Shown: positions 11,821 through 25,600 of the stretch, piece by piece | Layout: each line of letters begins with the position of its first letter | Position numbering within the stretch: position 1 is the first letter of the stretch | NCBI GenBank assembly: GCA_051294905.1 | Contig: CM119371.1 | Location: 1,490,001-1,554,000 of the forward strand | Length of the DNA: 64,000 nucleotides | Direction: 5' to 3' | Source of the DNA: Botryllus schlosseri | Taxonomy: Eukaryota | Translations under genes and position numbers: made by a program | The notes under the pieces: generated by a model | The model's input: the letters and a program-made list of their open reading frames with translations, nothing else | What the model was told of the DNA's origin: nothing | Database searches by the model: none

Positions 11821-14800
11821 GTTGTTAACATGTCGTACTTCGTGTTGAATATGTATCAAGTAAATACTCACGTGATTGGTTCTTAGTTAATGAATATGTC
11901 GCAAATTATTATATATGACCGGTCCGAGTTGATCCTAGCGTTTACGGCGAGTGCGACAATGATATATCGTTATTCTTATGGGTGCGGCAATGATTCGTAC
12001 TATCGTTTATAGACTGCGGGCGACACGTCGTACTTTCACCAAAAAGGGTGTGAAATAGTTTGCTAAATCTAGGAATCAGTCGCTTGGTAATTAGTTTACC
12101 ACGGAGCCGGCGTAGCCGGCGAGTCGATTACCAACAATAGCTGCGTTCACATACTATCACTTCAAAAAGATGTTGTCACGGTGGATTCTCTCAGCAGGAG
12201 TGGCTCTGTCATGCTCTACTTAACTCCTAACTCGAGAGAAGCGACGACCACGTTTTCGCCCTTTTTAGAGACAGACGTCGTACAGTAAACAGGGAACTTG
12301 TGTCGTATTTCGTGTAGCATTGCATTAACGTAATATCTTCCATTTAGAGTAATTGCCAGCGTATATTTTAACGATACGTTATAGACCATTTAGTTAATCC
12401 TACTCGCAATACAAGCTACGGAAACCCACTGTGTCTGGACTTTAACGGTCAGTTAGATATCGGTCGTTACTCGCAACAGATATTCCAGTCCAGTTCTATC
12501 GAGAACTGATCCTACGCGACAGATGTGAAATATTTGTAAAATCCTACGAGCGCTGACAGGATAACACATCAGACAGCCATCTCTCGCGGTTTGGTGTTAC
12601 AGAGGCAGGAATCACGCACAAGTAATATTTTAGTAATTATTTTGTCACACAGCCGGCGTAGACGGCGATTCCAATACCAACAATAGCCGCGTTCACATAC
12701 TAACACTTCAAATAGTTGTGAAATAGTTTGCAAACACTGCGATCGCTGACAAGATAATGTCTCGGACATAGCCATATTTCGCGACTTGGTGTTACATGCA
12801 TGCCGATCGCTCTCGCGGTGAAATTTGAGTAAGCAGTTTATCACAGAACTTGATTACACTCGTAAGATTTAATAAGTAACGAATAACAGAACCACAGTGT
12901 CGGTAACTTGAATGGTGACAAATTGTCACTTATTTCTGCTCTAACCCTAATCCTTTGTGAAGTGAACGCTTATTCAGAGAGGTGTGAAATAATTTTAAAA
13001 TCCTACGACCGCTCACAGGGTAATGCTCCAGACATAGCGATCGCTCATGTCCGCTCACAAGGTAATATTTCCGTAACTAGTTTGTCACAGAGTCGTCGCA
13101 GACGGTGATTCGTAAACCAACAATTTGACACTTTCTGGTGGTCGCTATATGTTTTGACACTTCGGAACGTGGTCGACTTTAGTTGTATGATAAGAATCAT
13201 GCGAATATACAAGTAATGTGTCAATTTGTCAACTTGAAATGAAACTCACTAAACAACGCAAGTTGATTCGTATCTTAATGTTTTAATTCGGTACAAGTCG
13301 GATCCTTTTAGAAATTCTTTTAATGCGATCTTTTGAATCGACCGTAACCTGAATATTACTGACGCCGACTTTCAGCCAGATCGAATTATTCGCGCATTCT
13401 GCGTCACTGTTTTCACACCTATAGAATCAACACCAACTATAACTCTACAAGAATCAAGAAGCACAAGTATGTGCATTATACAATTATTGTCTTTATCAAC
13501 TTGAAATCAAACTCTTAACAAAAACACGCAACTTACCATTTGTCAAGTCTAGCATTACCAAAAAATCAGGTAGGTCTATTATTGATTGAAAATCCTTGAG
13601 TCCTTATTATCAAAAATGTTATAGTGCTGCGCCGGAATCCATTCGCGGGGTGTACTAAAGGTAAATTCAGATAATCCAAAATGAAATATTAGGACTTTGA
13701 CATAGTCTGAATTGAAATAGATTGACAAACATAACTACCAACTTTCGCCCAGTCACATTTCGAAATTATACGCATATTGATTTGAAACAAGTCATGAAAT
13801 ATTACAACTATATTCGCGATCCAACTTTCCGTTTGTCAAAGAGAAATTTAACATCTTACCATACTCAAAAGAATTATACATAACATTAACCGGTTATAAA
13901 AATATAGTTTTCACTTACTTGATTATAACACTACAACTCGCAAACTTGAATTAATTCGTCCTGGTTGTATTCATATGACCGATAATTTTTATTCAACGGC
14001 AAAGGTCGTTACTATTCTGTAAGACAAAGTATTTACTAATCGGTGCATATACGCGATTTGACATAAACCTATTATATTTTGAATATACGAGATTTGAATG
14101 TCTGAACAATAACTGAGAATTAAATTATCACAATTGAATCCATATATGACAGCGTAAAAGATATTGGAATGTCAGCAACTCTTTACGGTCATAGTTACAA
14201 CCACATTAACTAATTTACCCAGCCAACACGTCATGATCATTCCTGAAATCAACACAAACGCGACCACTGACTTGAGTTAACCACAAAACGGCATCAAGTT
14301 TTTAATCCACTAGTAGCTGACAGATTCTAATCCAACCCTGTCTTGGCAGAACAAGACTGACATGTACGTTTTATCTCACTATGAATTTTCACCACATCAC
14401 AAGATTGCGATGAAAGGAGTCGATAGGAAGGAGCCGATACCACTAGAATCGACCATTCAATCAAACTACCCACTTCGACCTGGAGCATGCAAGTAGGCTG
14501 GATTTAAACATATAAAAATCGTCCCGGGAATGAATTTTTGGGGTTGCAATGGCCTTGCATTTCAAGCTCAAAGGCCCGTCTTTTTGAAATGCCGATTCTA
14601 TCTCCAATATTACTTAGCTCATTTGCAATTCAGTAGTTTGTATTACAGTATTATCAGTTGTTAGTTCGTTATGTTTGAGTTAGTACGGCATCAGATTTTC
14701 GGAGGTCGTTAGTTTTAGATCAGAGGTTCTAAAACTGGGATCAGAGGTTCTAAAACCATCTGTATGGCGGCGCGAAGCTGTGATCAAATAAATAAAAAAA

Positions 14801-16440
14801 ATTCGAGCTTTGCGCAGTTTACCTCCAATTCCATGTTAGAGGATTCTCACATCAACAGTCATAACTAGGGCGATTTTTGTTACATGTCAAAAGATGTCAA
14901 AATTGTTTACAAAGTTATATACAACTTTTTTGCAATCTGCATTTCGTTTATATTGTAGATTTTGCAGTGTCAGTGCACTTATCGTCTGACATTCACCGCT
15001 TGCAGCCTACTTTATAGGCCTACTGTTGTAGACGGCCCATTGTCTGCTCATTGTGAATCATAAGCATTCAAATGAAACAAACAGGTTGGCATGGTGATAT
15101 GCTCAACGAACCGCAATAACCTAGCTGAAGCAACACTGCGTGGGCAATGCATGGTACTGATATCAAGAAGCGTTTTACTTCTAAACATTTTAATTATTTC
15201 TACCATAATACGTAATGTTACTGCAATGCTTCATAGGGCCAGATTTCGTTAAAATAAATTTTTTCCATGTAAAAATTTTTCAGTTATATCGGCAAAATAA
15301 AATTTTCAGGATAAACTACTTCGTAAGAACAAACAATTCCAATCAGAGGTGAAGATAAGTAGTAGAATTTTAACGTTATGTGGGAAAAAACTAATTTGTA
15401 TACGGTAGATCAAATTTGGTCAGATTTTTTAGGTGGAAAATGTCAAAATTTTGATTTTTTAGGTCAAAATCTTTTGATTTTTAGGTCAAAAAACCCTGAT
15501 CAATACCATCCATACCATCAAACTGTCCGTTGGGATTGGCTGCGTTCTGATTGCGTTTGTGATATGACGATAAGGGGGCCCGAAAATTTTCAATATCAAA
15601 AAGGGGGACGTATCAAAGATCTAATTTACCTTGCAAGTTTCGCGAAGCGAGTACAGATTTTGGAAATCAAGTAGTTTATTCAATTCTGGTTACAGTACGG
15701 TAAGTATGAACAAGTCTACTCACGTTTTCCTTACATTTCAGCAAGTTGATACAATTTGCCACTTAGTCAGAGGTGAAGTCATGAATCGAACAAGAGCACA
15801 TCCATTGAACATGTTAGTGGCGGAATTGATGGCAATCTGAATAGAAGATGTCAAGAGTGTGACAGCAACGTATTGAGTTATATGAACATATGCAGGAAAA
15901 GGATGTACAAGCATCTGAGATCTGATGACCATACGTTCAACGCACTTGATATCAAAAAGGAAGCAACAAGTTTCTCATTCAATTCCAACTTTTTGACATT
16001 TGCCGTCTACTTACACACACTTGCCACAAACAAATTTTAAGTTCAAGCGGGTGTATTTGTGTCTGAAGCTAGCTCAAAATTGCCTTCACCTTATCATATT
16101 TGTCAGTCGGTGGGACAGATACCGACGGTTCTATATCGAGGCGAAGGTATTGTTAGCGGCAAGTTTCAAGCTGAGATACGCCCGCGCAGCATGTTGAAGT
16201 GGTCTGGCAGACAGTTTTGAGATGAACCGAGTCACTTTTCAAAAATGACTTGACTCGGTGTTACAGAAATGCCGATTGACTCGTGACTCGAAGCAAAATC
16301 AAGTCAAGTCATCGGGAAATCGGTGTCTCTATAAATCGCTGTATACTTTACTAAATGTTCGGATTGTTCTCGATACGCTGGTGTGACTTGTGAGAGCGAC
16401 GAATCTCATTCATTCAATGATAGTGCGTTTTACTGAACTA

Positions 16441-17140
16441 GAGTAGGTCAGCACCATGATGCTGACGAGTTTGTGCTAAATATTAGCCCGCACATACCTG
16501 GTCGAACAAAAACTTTTCCGCCAAGATACAAATTCCCCTTGCCATCCTTCTCATTCTATTACTTCTTCTGTTGATTTATCATCCTTTCACGTCTGCTCAC
16601 AGCTTTATTAACTCGAATCTCATTCCCGCCACGGTTGTTGCCCTGCAATGGTAGTCACAAAGTCGCAAATATGTTTACAGACAGACTTGTACAATAGGTG
16701 TTAAAAACAAAACTTTTTTTCAAATTTTCATCGCCTAAATTGTCAAATCGTCAGGTTATCTTGAAAAAACGTTGCACAACAAATTTGACTCAATTCAAAC
16801 CAGTAGATGTCGAGGTCAGTCAAATTGAAATTTTGCTCATTTTATAAATAGTAGTATTTACGGTGACCAATTTCGTCTCTCCGACATGACCAAAAATCCT
16901 GTTCCAGGTATGCCTGAAGAGGCGGAGATGTCTTTTCCACTTGTTTTGATCTTGACAAGGGCCCATGGTGGAGTTTGGTGGAGACATCGCCAGTGAACGA
17001 AAAAAAAGATATGACATGGATTAGCTGGAAATTGGTCCACTTCGTAGAAATAGACACCTTTCAAAAGATGATGAGATTATTTTCAAATAGAGTAGGCCTA
17101 CTTTACGCGCTGAAATTAGGTGACCTGACGATTTGACAAA
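16441..17140 (+). repeat. Local duplication; paralogue at 18038-18287 plus 19771-20230 and more diverged at 24790-25060
   Basis: Collinear similarity, interrupted by the PLE in one copy. Confidence 0.85.
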
Positions 17141-18095
17141 CAATATACCGGTAGTTTACAAGTTTATATTAGTAGTCAGGTATTGGCGTAGGCTTAATTT
17201 GAATCTCGTGTATATGTAGTTAGGTAATGCATGATATCAATTTGTTTCTGCTATCTCGGGTTTTGTGCTCTATTCTCTCTTTTATCGGATAAATTATAAC
17301 TGCGGTTATACAACAGTTTCATAGTTCAACAGTACTATGCATTCGGGAGCTATGAAATGCATGTTTGCATGCGTATTTATCTCTATATTCGTTTCTCGAT
17401 TTAAAATAAATAGAGACTCAATCTGAATTTTTAACAGCTACCAAAATGCAATGTGATGCCTTGCAAAGACATATTGACTTGAATTGTGTCTAGACTTGAC
17501 TCAAGTCACCTCCAAAAATTGACTTGACTGACTGAAGTCACACATGTGCAATGAATCGAGATGACTTGTGACTTGAAGGGAGTAACGTGATCCCAACACT
17601 GCTGGCGGAAGAGACAGACATGGCATATTTTGCTTCGCATCCCCATGGCTCACTACACGATACTACAATAGAGTAGTGCCAGACACAGATGGATAGCTTC
17701 TCGCAGCATAGAGGCAACTAGAGTGGAACATGGCGGTATTGAGATATCATTTATTTGCTGTCCCATTATGGTAGTTTTCTGAAGAAAATGGCTACAACCT
17801 AAAATTTTATCACAATTTTATGTTTAATTTGATGCAGCATCATTTTAGGGCGCATAACCCTTGAAAAGAATTTTTTTGGAATATTTTTGTACGACAACAT
17901 TTCTCAATAAGTGGTGCTTCAGTAATACTTAAACATTTTTTGCGTATCAGAAAACAAAATCAGGTCGCATGTAAATGCTAGTTTTATTTTCGTTTTAATT
18001 GGGCTCGCCTATTAAGAAGCTGCCAACCGATGGTCTCGAGTAGGTCAGCCCCACAATACTGACAATTTTGTTGCTGAATATTAGACCGCACATAC

Positions 18096-18241
18096 CTGGT
18101 CGTAAGAGACCGTCCCTGTCGAGATACAAATCCCTCTTGCCATCTTTCTCATTGTTTCACTTCTTCTGTTGATTGATCATCCCTTTCACGTCTGCTCACA
18201 GCTTGATTAACTCGAATGGCATTCCCGTCCGGGTTGTTGCC
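18096..18241 (-). pseudogene. RBM28: RBM28-like exon (end of RRM3 plus RNLYLAREG motif); copies at 16498-16642 and 24868-25021
   Basis: DGNAIRVNQAVSR..(frameshift)KDGKRDLYLDRDGLLRP vs RBM28 DGRQLKVDLAVTR..GTRNLYLAREGLIR. All three copies end at CCAG|gt and carry stops or indels. Confidence 0.75.
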
Positions 18242-18312
18242 CTGCAATGGTAGCCACAAAGTCACAAATATGTTCACCGTCAGACTTGAATAGTATATTC
18301 ATATTGAAATGA

Positions 18313-18346
18313 ACCCGAATATTTTCGGCTGACACTCGTCAGGGGT
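18313..18346 (-). ncRNA. Minimal type I hammerhead ribozyme (third PLE copy)
   Basis: acccgaatattttcggctgacactcgtcaggggt is the same motif with an intact core. Confidence 0.82.
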
Positions 18347-18612
18347 AATTGTCAGCAACTAGTAGAGAAATGGAAAGAACATTGTATATCAACAATCGTA
18401 TCACAAAATATGACGTCACCAGCATGAAATTTCGTGAATGAGAGAGCGTTCAATGTACTATTTTTAGGTGGTACACGAACTCCTTTTGTTGACAGAGTTT
18501 TGGTTGGTGTATTTTGATAAAAGTCGACACAAATGGAATTGTGAACGGCCTCGCTCAACGATTCGAAATCTGTTGTCTCGATAATTATTCGCACAAATCG
18601 GATCATCTAACA

Positions 18613-19641
18613 CAGTGGTTCCCAACCTTTTTCCACCCGCGTACCATTTCGAGGTTTCATGTAGTGCTCGCGTACCACCTACATAAGTTATGCGCGCCGA
18701 AGGTGGTCAAAAATGTTACTACCGGGTTGAGCTGCCGAAGGCAGCGAAACAGAAAATAAACTGCCCATTTTAAGGTGCAGTATACGATTTCTGTAGTGGA
18801 TCCATTAGGAATTCTTGTGGTCAGTTATATTAAAACGGAATTTGGTTAAGTAAGAATCCCAATGCTTTACGACTAGATCTCTTCCCGTAGGGCAGGGGTG
18901 GCCAACCTTTTTGCCATTCATGGCCGCATTTGAACTACTCATTTCCGGTGAGCTGCGGACTAATCTATTTAATGACATAGGGTTGCTATACGCACCGAAA
19001 TCGATATGGGGTCAATGGTGAGGTTATGAGATAGCAGGAATTGCCGCGCGAGGCGCGTATTTTTTCAGATTTACTACTGGATTTCGTGAATAATATAAGT
19101 AGTTTTACATATTACTATCAAACATTTAACCTTTCTCAGCCCATGGATGTGGTCAGATTGACCGGTAGAGTTGATGGAGGGGATGTTTTCGAAAATTTAG
19201 TTGATGATGCATCTTCGGGTGGACCAATTGTTATTAGTCACTGTGCTACATGCGGTTATTTCTTGACATCCCATCAGGATTGTCGGTATATAGTGAGGTG
19301 TACACGATTCCGAGTTGGTATTTGTATATGGGGCGCATCATATTCCCCTACTCTTCGAATTTGAAATGGGGGGCTCTAATTGCAAAGGGCCCTACCATAT
19401 TAAAATCGAGAAATATAGATATAGGCGCACAAATTCCCTTCAACAGCCGCAGGTTGACAATCCCTGCCGTACATCGTCACTGGTGGGATTGCCCCTACCC
19501 ACAACGACGACGACTTAAAGTCAACCCCATCTGAACTAATAACTCCCTTCGGTCGAAAAAAAAACAGAATCTACTCGCGTACCACCAGGAAGACCTTCGC
19601 GTACCACTAGTGGTACGCGTACCACAGGTTGGGAACCACTG
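18613..19641. mobile_element. Non-autonomous hAT (Buster/Charlie-like) element
   Basis: TIR cagtggttcccaacc / ggttgggaaccactg. Perfect 8-bp TA-centred TSD atctaaca (18605-18612 / 19642-19649). A shorter reverse copy lies at 10550-10905. Confidence 0.92.
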
Positions 19642-20622
19642 ATCTAACAGATGTTCGCCGATGGCAGAATTAATGGCCTTTGATCGATCAGCATCAATCT
19701 TAAGCGGATGAGTTATGAGTTATGAGTATTCAATTGTATATTGAAGTTCTGTACCTCCAAGAAGCTCTTCACAGTCAGACTTGTACAATAAGGGTGTAAA
19801 AAGGACTTTTTTTTCAAATTTTGTCGGCTTTATTGTCAAATAATCGAGTTACCTTAAAAAAATGTTGCACACCAAATTTGACCCAATTCCAACCAGTAGA
19901 TGCGGAGGCCATTAAAATTGAAATTTTGCTAATTTTTAAATAATAGTATTTACGGTTGCCAATTTCGTCAGACCGAAATGGCCAAAAATCGTGTTCCAGG
20001 TATGTCTGAAGAGGCAGGGATGTCTTTTCCACTTGTTTTGAGCTTGACAAGGGACTATAGTGGAGTTTGGATGAAGACATCGCATGTAAACGAAAAAAAG
20101 ATATGACGCGGATTAGCTGGAAATTATTCCACTTCATTGAAATAGACACATTACAGCGATGGTGAGATAATTTTCAAATAGAGTAGACTTCATGCACTGA
20201 AATTAGGTGACCTGACGATTTGACAATCAGGTCGATGAAATTTGAAAAAAAAAAGTTATTTTGAGAACCCCTACCTTGCAGCCATTGCTAGCTCAGAATC
20301 ATGGCTACTGACAGGCTGAGGATGGGTTTTAAGCGTCAGAACTCATGTTTCAAGCTCGAAACCCCGTCCTGTTGAGAAGCCGATTCTATCTCCAATACTT
20401 CTTACTTACTTTGTAATTCATTGGTTCGTATTACTATCAGTTATTAGTTAGTTGTGTTTTAGTTGGTAAGGTATCAGATTTTCAAAGGTTGTTAGTTCTA
20501 GATCTGATTGAAGTTGCAAGCTTTACAAAGTGAGTACAGATTTTGGAAATCCACTAGTTTGTAAAAGTCGGGTTACGGCGCCGAATAGTGGTTTAAAAGT
20601 AAGCATGGACGTATCTACCCAC

Positions 20623-20735
20623 GTTTTCATTACCATTCAGCGTGTCGATACAATTTGTCACTTATTCGGGAGTGAGGTCTTGAATTGGACGAGAGCACAT
20701 CCCTTGCACATGTCAATGGCGGAATTCATGGAGAT
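20623..20735 (-). pseudogene. RBM28: RBM28-like exon (RRM3 RNP1); copies at 15724-15836, 26607-26714 and partially ~25615-25654
   Basis: ISMNSAIDMCKGCALVQFKT / IAINSATNMFNGCALVRFMT vs RBM28 [20 protein letters not shown]. Shared tattcag acceptor. Confidence 0.72.
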
Positions 20736-22479
20736 CTGAATACAAGATGTCCAAGTGACAGCAACATATTGCAATATAAAAAAACGTGCTGTTAAACAAT
20801 GAATATGCATCTTATCACCATACGTACAATGCATTTAATATCAAAAAGAAAGCATCAAGTTTCTCACTAAAGTCGACTTTGTATATTTGCTTTCGACTTC
20901 CACGCACTTGTCCGCTTACACACATTGAGTTCATTTTGATTTTTGAATGACGATTATTGATCAGTGATCGGCAAATTGCGGGTCGTGACCCCAAGCAATG
21001 ACTCGATGTTGTTCAAGCCAGGTAGATTCGTGTCTTAACTATCCTAAAATTTCCTTCACTTCATCATATTTCCCAGTGGGTCGGACAGATACTGAGATGC
21101 CAACGCTTGTATATTGAGGCATAGCTATCCATAAAGGAAATTTTCAAGCTGTGATCTGTCAGCGTGTTTGTGAAAGCACGGGCTGTTGTAATGGTTTTAC
21201 GCAGAAGAGAGAGAGAAATTGGGCATTTTGTTTCATTCACTCATGGCTCATGAACTACAGTTGTTCAAAACACAGATGAATAGCTTCGTGCAGCAAAGCG
21301 GCAACTGGAGTGGAACATGGAAAAATAGTTAGAGGATAATCTTGCATGGCTTCTATGAGGGAAATTGGCATGACACCAAGAGAAACAAACCAACATCACC
21401 GATACCAACTTTAGTTTTGAAAGTTGAAGATTCGGTCATTTCATTTCACGTTTCTCGCGGGGATGTATCTGAAATTGCAAAATTTACTTCTACATATTAT
21501 AAGTGACACCTTTACTGAATCTACTTTTTTAGACCACTCAATCGGGAAATTTTTAGACGTTTCTATTTCTACTTCCACTCAACAATACCTACTATGACTT
21601 TACGATGTAAGTAAGGCGACGGCGGCTTGGCAATCGATTTCCCTGCGCGAGGGATATTCTTGTTACCTCGTCGCAAAATGCCTCGGACAAACAGGTATTT
21701 TCAGGAGAACTATAAATTAGATTAGAATTAAAATGAGAGCATATGAACATTTCACAAATTAGATTACAATTAGAACTGAAGATCATTTCACAAAGTAGAT
21801 CACAATTAGATTGCTGGTATTTCACTCTAATTTACTGGCACTGTAAATCATAGTGACTTCTGTTGTATGAGTCGGGTGTGTGTTTTGACCTAGCCTAACG
21901 TGAACCCTGAGACTGGCTCAGCATGGCTTGGACAACTAGATAATTCTAGTTGTCTAATTACACGGATTACAGCAAAATGTCTGAAATTTCATTCTACTAT
22001 AGTTTGTGAAATGTTTCATTGCTCTAACTATAACTCTGATCTAATCTCTGGTTTTTCGAAAAATGCTACAAGAGAAATGTATAATGCGAAACGAGTCAAG
22101 GTTGGCATGCAGACATTTGTCATTCCCATGCTGATCAGAATGAGGTCTGATTTGATATGAATTGAACTTGATTACATGCTCAACTTTTTGCGAATTCAGT
22201 AATTCTGATTCCAATCTACTTTGTTAAAACTGTGTAGCTATTACTTTAATTCTATTCTAATTAAAAAAAAACTGTGTAGTTAGAATTATAATTCTAGCAT
22301 GATTTGTCAAAACTTTTCAGCTAGCATTCTAATTCCAAGCTGATTTGAAAAGTCTGCAAATGATCCAGTTGTCCAAGTCTGGCTCATAGCAACCCGTGGG
22401 GTTGTCGTGTGAAGACCGGTTAGGAACAACTGCTCCAAGGTCATTACAAAAAATGCTAACAGTTGTGATGTTGACATAC

Positions 22480-22638
22480 CTTCAACTTTTATCGACGACA
22501 CTTCTAGGAATTTGCGAACACAAAGTTCAGAAGTAGAGAAAGAGACGTTTGGATTTTTCAGTTTGGCCTGTTTTGCCTCTTCTATCGATCCACGTTTCTT
22601 CCATTCTATTGTGCTGAGACATTCAGCGGCTTGATTTC
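22480..22638 (-). pseudogene. RBM28: RBM28-like exon, second copy of the linker exon
   Basis: GNQAAECLSTIEWKKRGSIEEAKQAKLKNPNVSFS..LCV, with the same splice sites as 7667-7809. Confidence 0.78.
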
Positions 22639-25600
22639 CTACACATACAGACACAGTTGGTCAATGTAGTGAGCATTGCAATTTTCTACTAGTGGTAATT
22701 GGTTAATCGAAGGTTGATAATTTCGACGTAGCTTCAGGACTAAGGCAAAATGATTCATGACACCAACACACAATACACAAGTTGCATCTTAAAAACTATT
22801 TTCAAATACTGTGACACAGGGGGCAGTCATTCACTAAAATAAGTGATGCAACTCATCCTAAATCCAATTAAAACTTTTCAAAATTCAAATTGTGAGAGAA
22901 GTAGTTTGATCTCAAATTTGGCTTGTGTGTTGTCTCAAAACACAACAAGAAGTTCATCATGCAGTTCAAATATGGTACCGTACTGAAAATTTTCAGGAAT
23001 TAAAATATAGTCAGATGCTACTCAAGTAATAATTTTCACAGTAAACTTCAAGTTGTAACATTGAATGCAAACTTTACAAGTTGATGGATGATAGCCGTTA
23101 AAATAGCTAAAAAGCTTGAGAACCACTGGTCGATTAGGAGTCATACGGGAACAATATCGCTTAGAAATTATGATGATTCAACAAGATACAAATGTATCGG
23201 AATCTGAACGTTTCTTTGCCAAAATGTGTTACCCGGAAGTTTATGATATCGTGCCATGCCATGGACTGCAGGTCTGCCTAATATATTACAATTTCACATC
23301 TCAATCTGAAAATGCAACAAGTTGTAGGCTAGTCCTCTTGTGAGAAAATACACATCAAATTTTGAGGTGATTTAGAAATTCGTTACGTATCTTTCTGCAT
23401 CGTGTCTAGGGCTGAGAAAAATCGAGTTCCTGAATGAGCAGATTCTGATTCACGAAATATGCTTCGAGCCATATCAAGTAATCTAGTATCACTCATTACG
23501 ATGTCCTACCGTTTTTGCCACCACAAAGATTGGAATATGTTGCCTGTTAGCCATCTCATGAAATATGCTTTAGTATACTTTTCGATCATACCGATTTCAT
23601 TCCACTCGGTGACAATGTTGTGTGATAATGATAACTTCGGAAATGGGCTTCGTCCAGTAACCTTCGTAGGTTTGTATTAAATATTCCATATGCTACAATA
23701 CCGCCAATAAGGTTTCGAGGCTTCGAAAGTGAAATTAAGTATCACAACTATAATTCTTGTTGATAAATTAACTTTCAGTGGTGAGAAACCTATAATTTCA
23801 ATACTCGAAAAAATCGTTTTTACTACTCGACTCGAATCATTGAAATTAATGCGCCATTCAGACTCGAGTTCTCGAATCATCGTGCCCAGCCCTAATCGTG
23901 TCATGACAGAGTTGATGACCTACTTTTGACTTACCATGACAACACAATTTTCAATGCTGTGATATTTATATCAAACTATTTAAAGCAGCCTATACCCTAC
24001 AAATCGTTTCAGAAGATTTTTATTAGTTATGTCGAAGAAGACTTGCCAGAAAAAAATTCGTAAAATTTCAACCGTACATTCTATGTACATCTGAACGTAA
24101 AATAGAGTTTAACCCACACCAAAGTTGCAGCCCTTTGAAAATAAACCCAAGAATCAAAATCAAGATGGTGGTTCTTAACAGGACTGCGCCTGACGGAAAC
24201 TTCAACCAGTTGGATTTGTGTCAGAAGCATGTTGGATTATATCATATTTGGCAGGGTGTCGGACTATACCGAGATGCCAATGATTGTATATTGAGGTATA
24301 TTGAGGTATTAATACAGAGGTGATTTTCAAGCTGTGATATGTTACCGTATTTATGAGCTCACAACCTGTCGTAGTGGTCTGGAAGAGAGGCACATTTGGC
24401 ATTGGCATCATTTACCCATGGCTCAGCAGCAAGGAGACAGTACCTTAGAGTTGTTCAACACACAGATGAATAGATTTGCGCAGCCGTGGAAGCATGGATA
24501 AAACTGGAGTGGAACACGGTGTTATGGAAAAAATTTATTTGCAGTACGGTGGCTCTTTGAAGAAAATATCAGCGATCGAAATTTTTTTTCTCATTTTATT
24601 TTCAATTGAAGGCCATTTCATATTTAGAGCGCAATACCACTGAAAACAATCATTTTAGAATACTTTTGTATATCCACATTTCCTTGTAATTGCAGCTGCA
24701 ACATTACTCGAAACAGAAAACATTACAGAAAACAATATGTGGTTGAATGTAAATGCTGGTTTTATTTCCATTTATTTCCACTTGAAAAAATTGCCAACCA
24801 CTCGCCAAGAGTACGTCACCACCTCTATGGTGAAAATTTTGTTCTGTATATCGACCCCCACACGTACCTGGTCGTACGAGCCTTGATCTGCCACGATGAA
24901 ATTTCATCTTGTCCCTTTCCTAATTATTATTTTTCTTCTTCTGTTGGATGAGCAACCTTTACACTTCGGTTCTGCTCACAGCTTGATATGCTCAAAGCTC
25001 ATTCCCATCCGGGGTCTCGCTCTAAAATGGCGGTCACCCATAAGTTTACAGTCACACTTGTAAAAACAAATAATCAAGTTAGTTTACACGCAACTAACTT
25101 GTGGTTATTCAGTAGTTCCAGTTCTATTTGTTTTTTTGGCAAAAGTAATTCGAAGTCTAGTTGCGTAAGTGAGTAATTGTAGTGGCGCATTTCAGAATAA
25201 TTTTTTGTGAACCAGAAAACATGTGTCGTCATTTGGTGTATATCAAGCGTGTCAAATATACGGCCCGTCACACGATTTCATCCGGCCAACGAAGCCATTA
25301 TAAGTAGATTGAAAAATGCAAATAAAGTGTCCATCACATTTTAAGCAAACGTCGAGCGAAACATTTCCATTCAATAATCCTTCAAGGCAGTAAATGTTCA
25401 CAGGCCACACTATAGTCCTTTGACTGCACTGTTGGAGTTTCCTTTTAGTCACCATTAGGAGCAAGTCCGTGACATTGAAACCCAATTCGGAGAAGGCAAA
25501 ACAGTGCGCACCGAGTTTTATGAAAAATGGACTTGAAGGTGGTTTTTCACACCCGTACTGGTATCGTTATTCATATACGTGGTCACACTGCTGTGCCACC

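Larger units (their letters stand above)
18288..19770 (-). mobile_element. Truncated PLE copy interrupted by a hAT element, with an inverted tail at its other end
   Basis: 18288-18612 and 19642-19716 match 56428-56826. 19727-19770 is the reverse complement of the tail at 56389-56430. Flanks ttcaccgtcagactt / ttcacagtcagactt resemble a ~15-bp TSD. The empty site is visible in the paralogous segment at ~16675-16690. Confidence 0.88.

Noticed and set aside
25240..25540. hAT transposase remnant (NVTDLL..VQSKDYSVA)
   Set aside because: It needs frameshifts and has no supporting termini.
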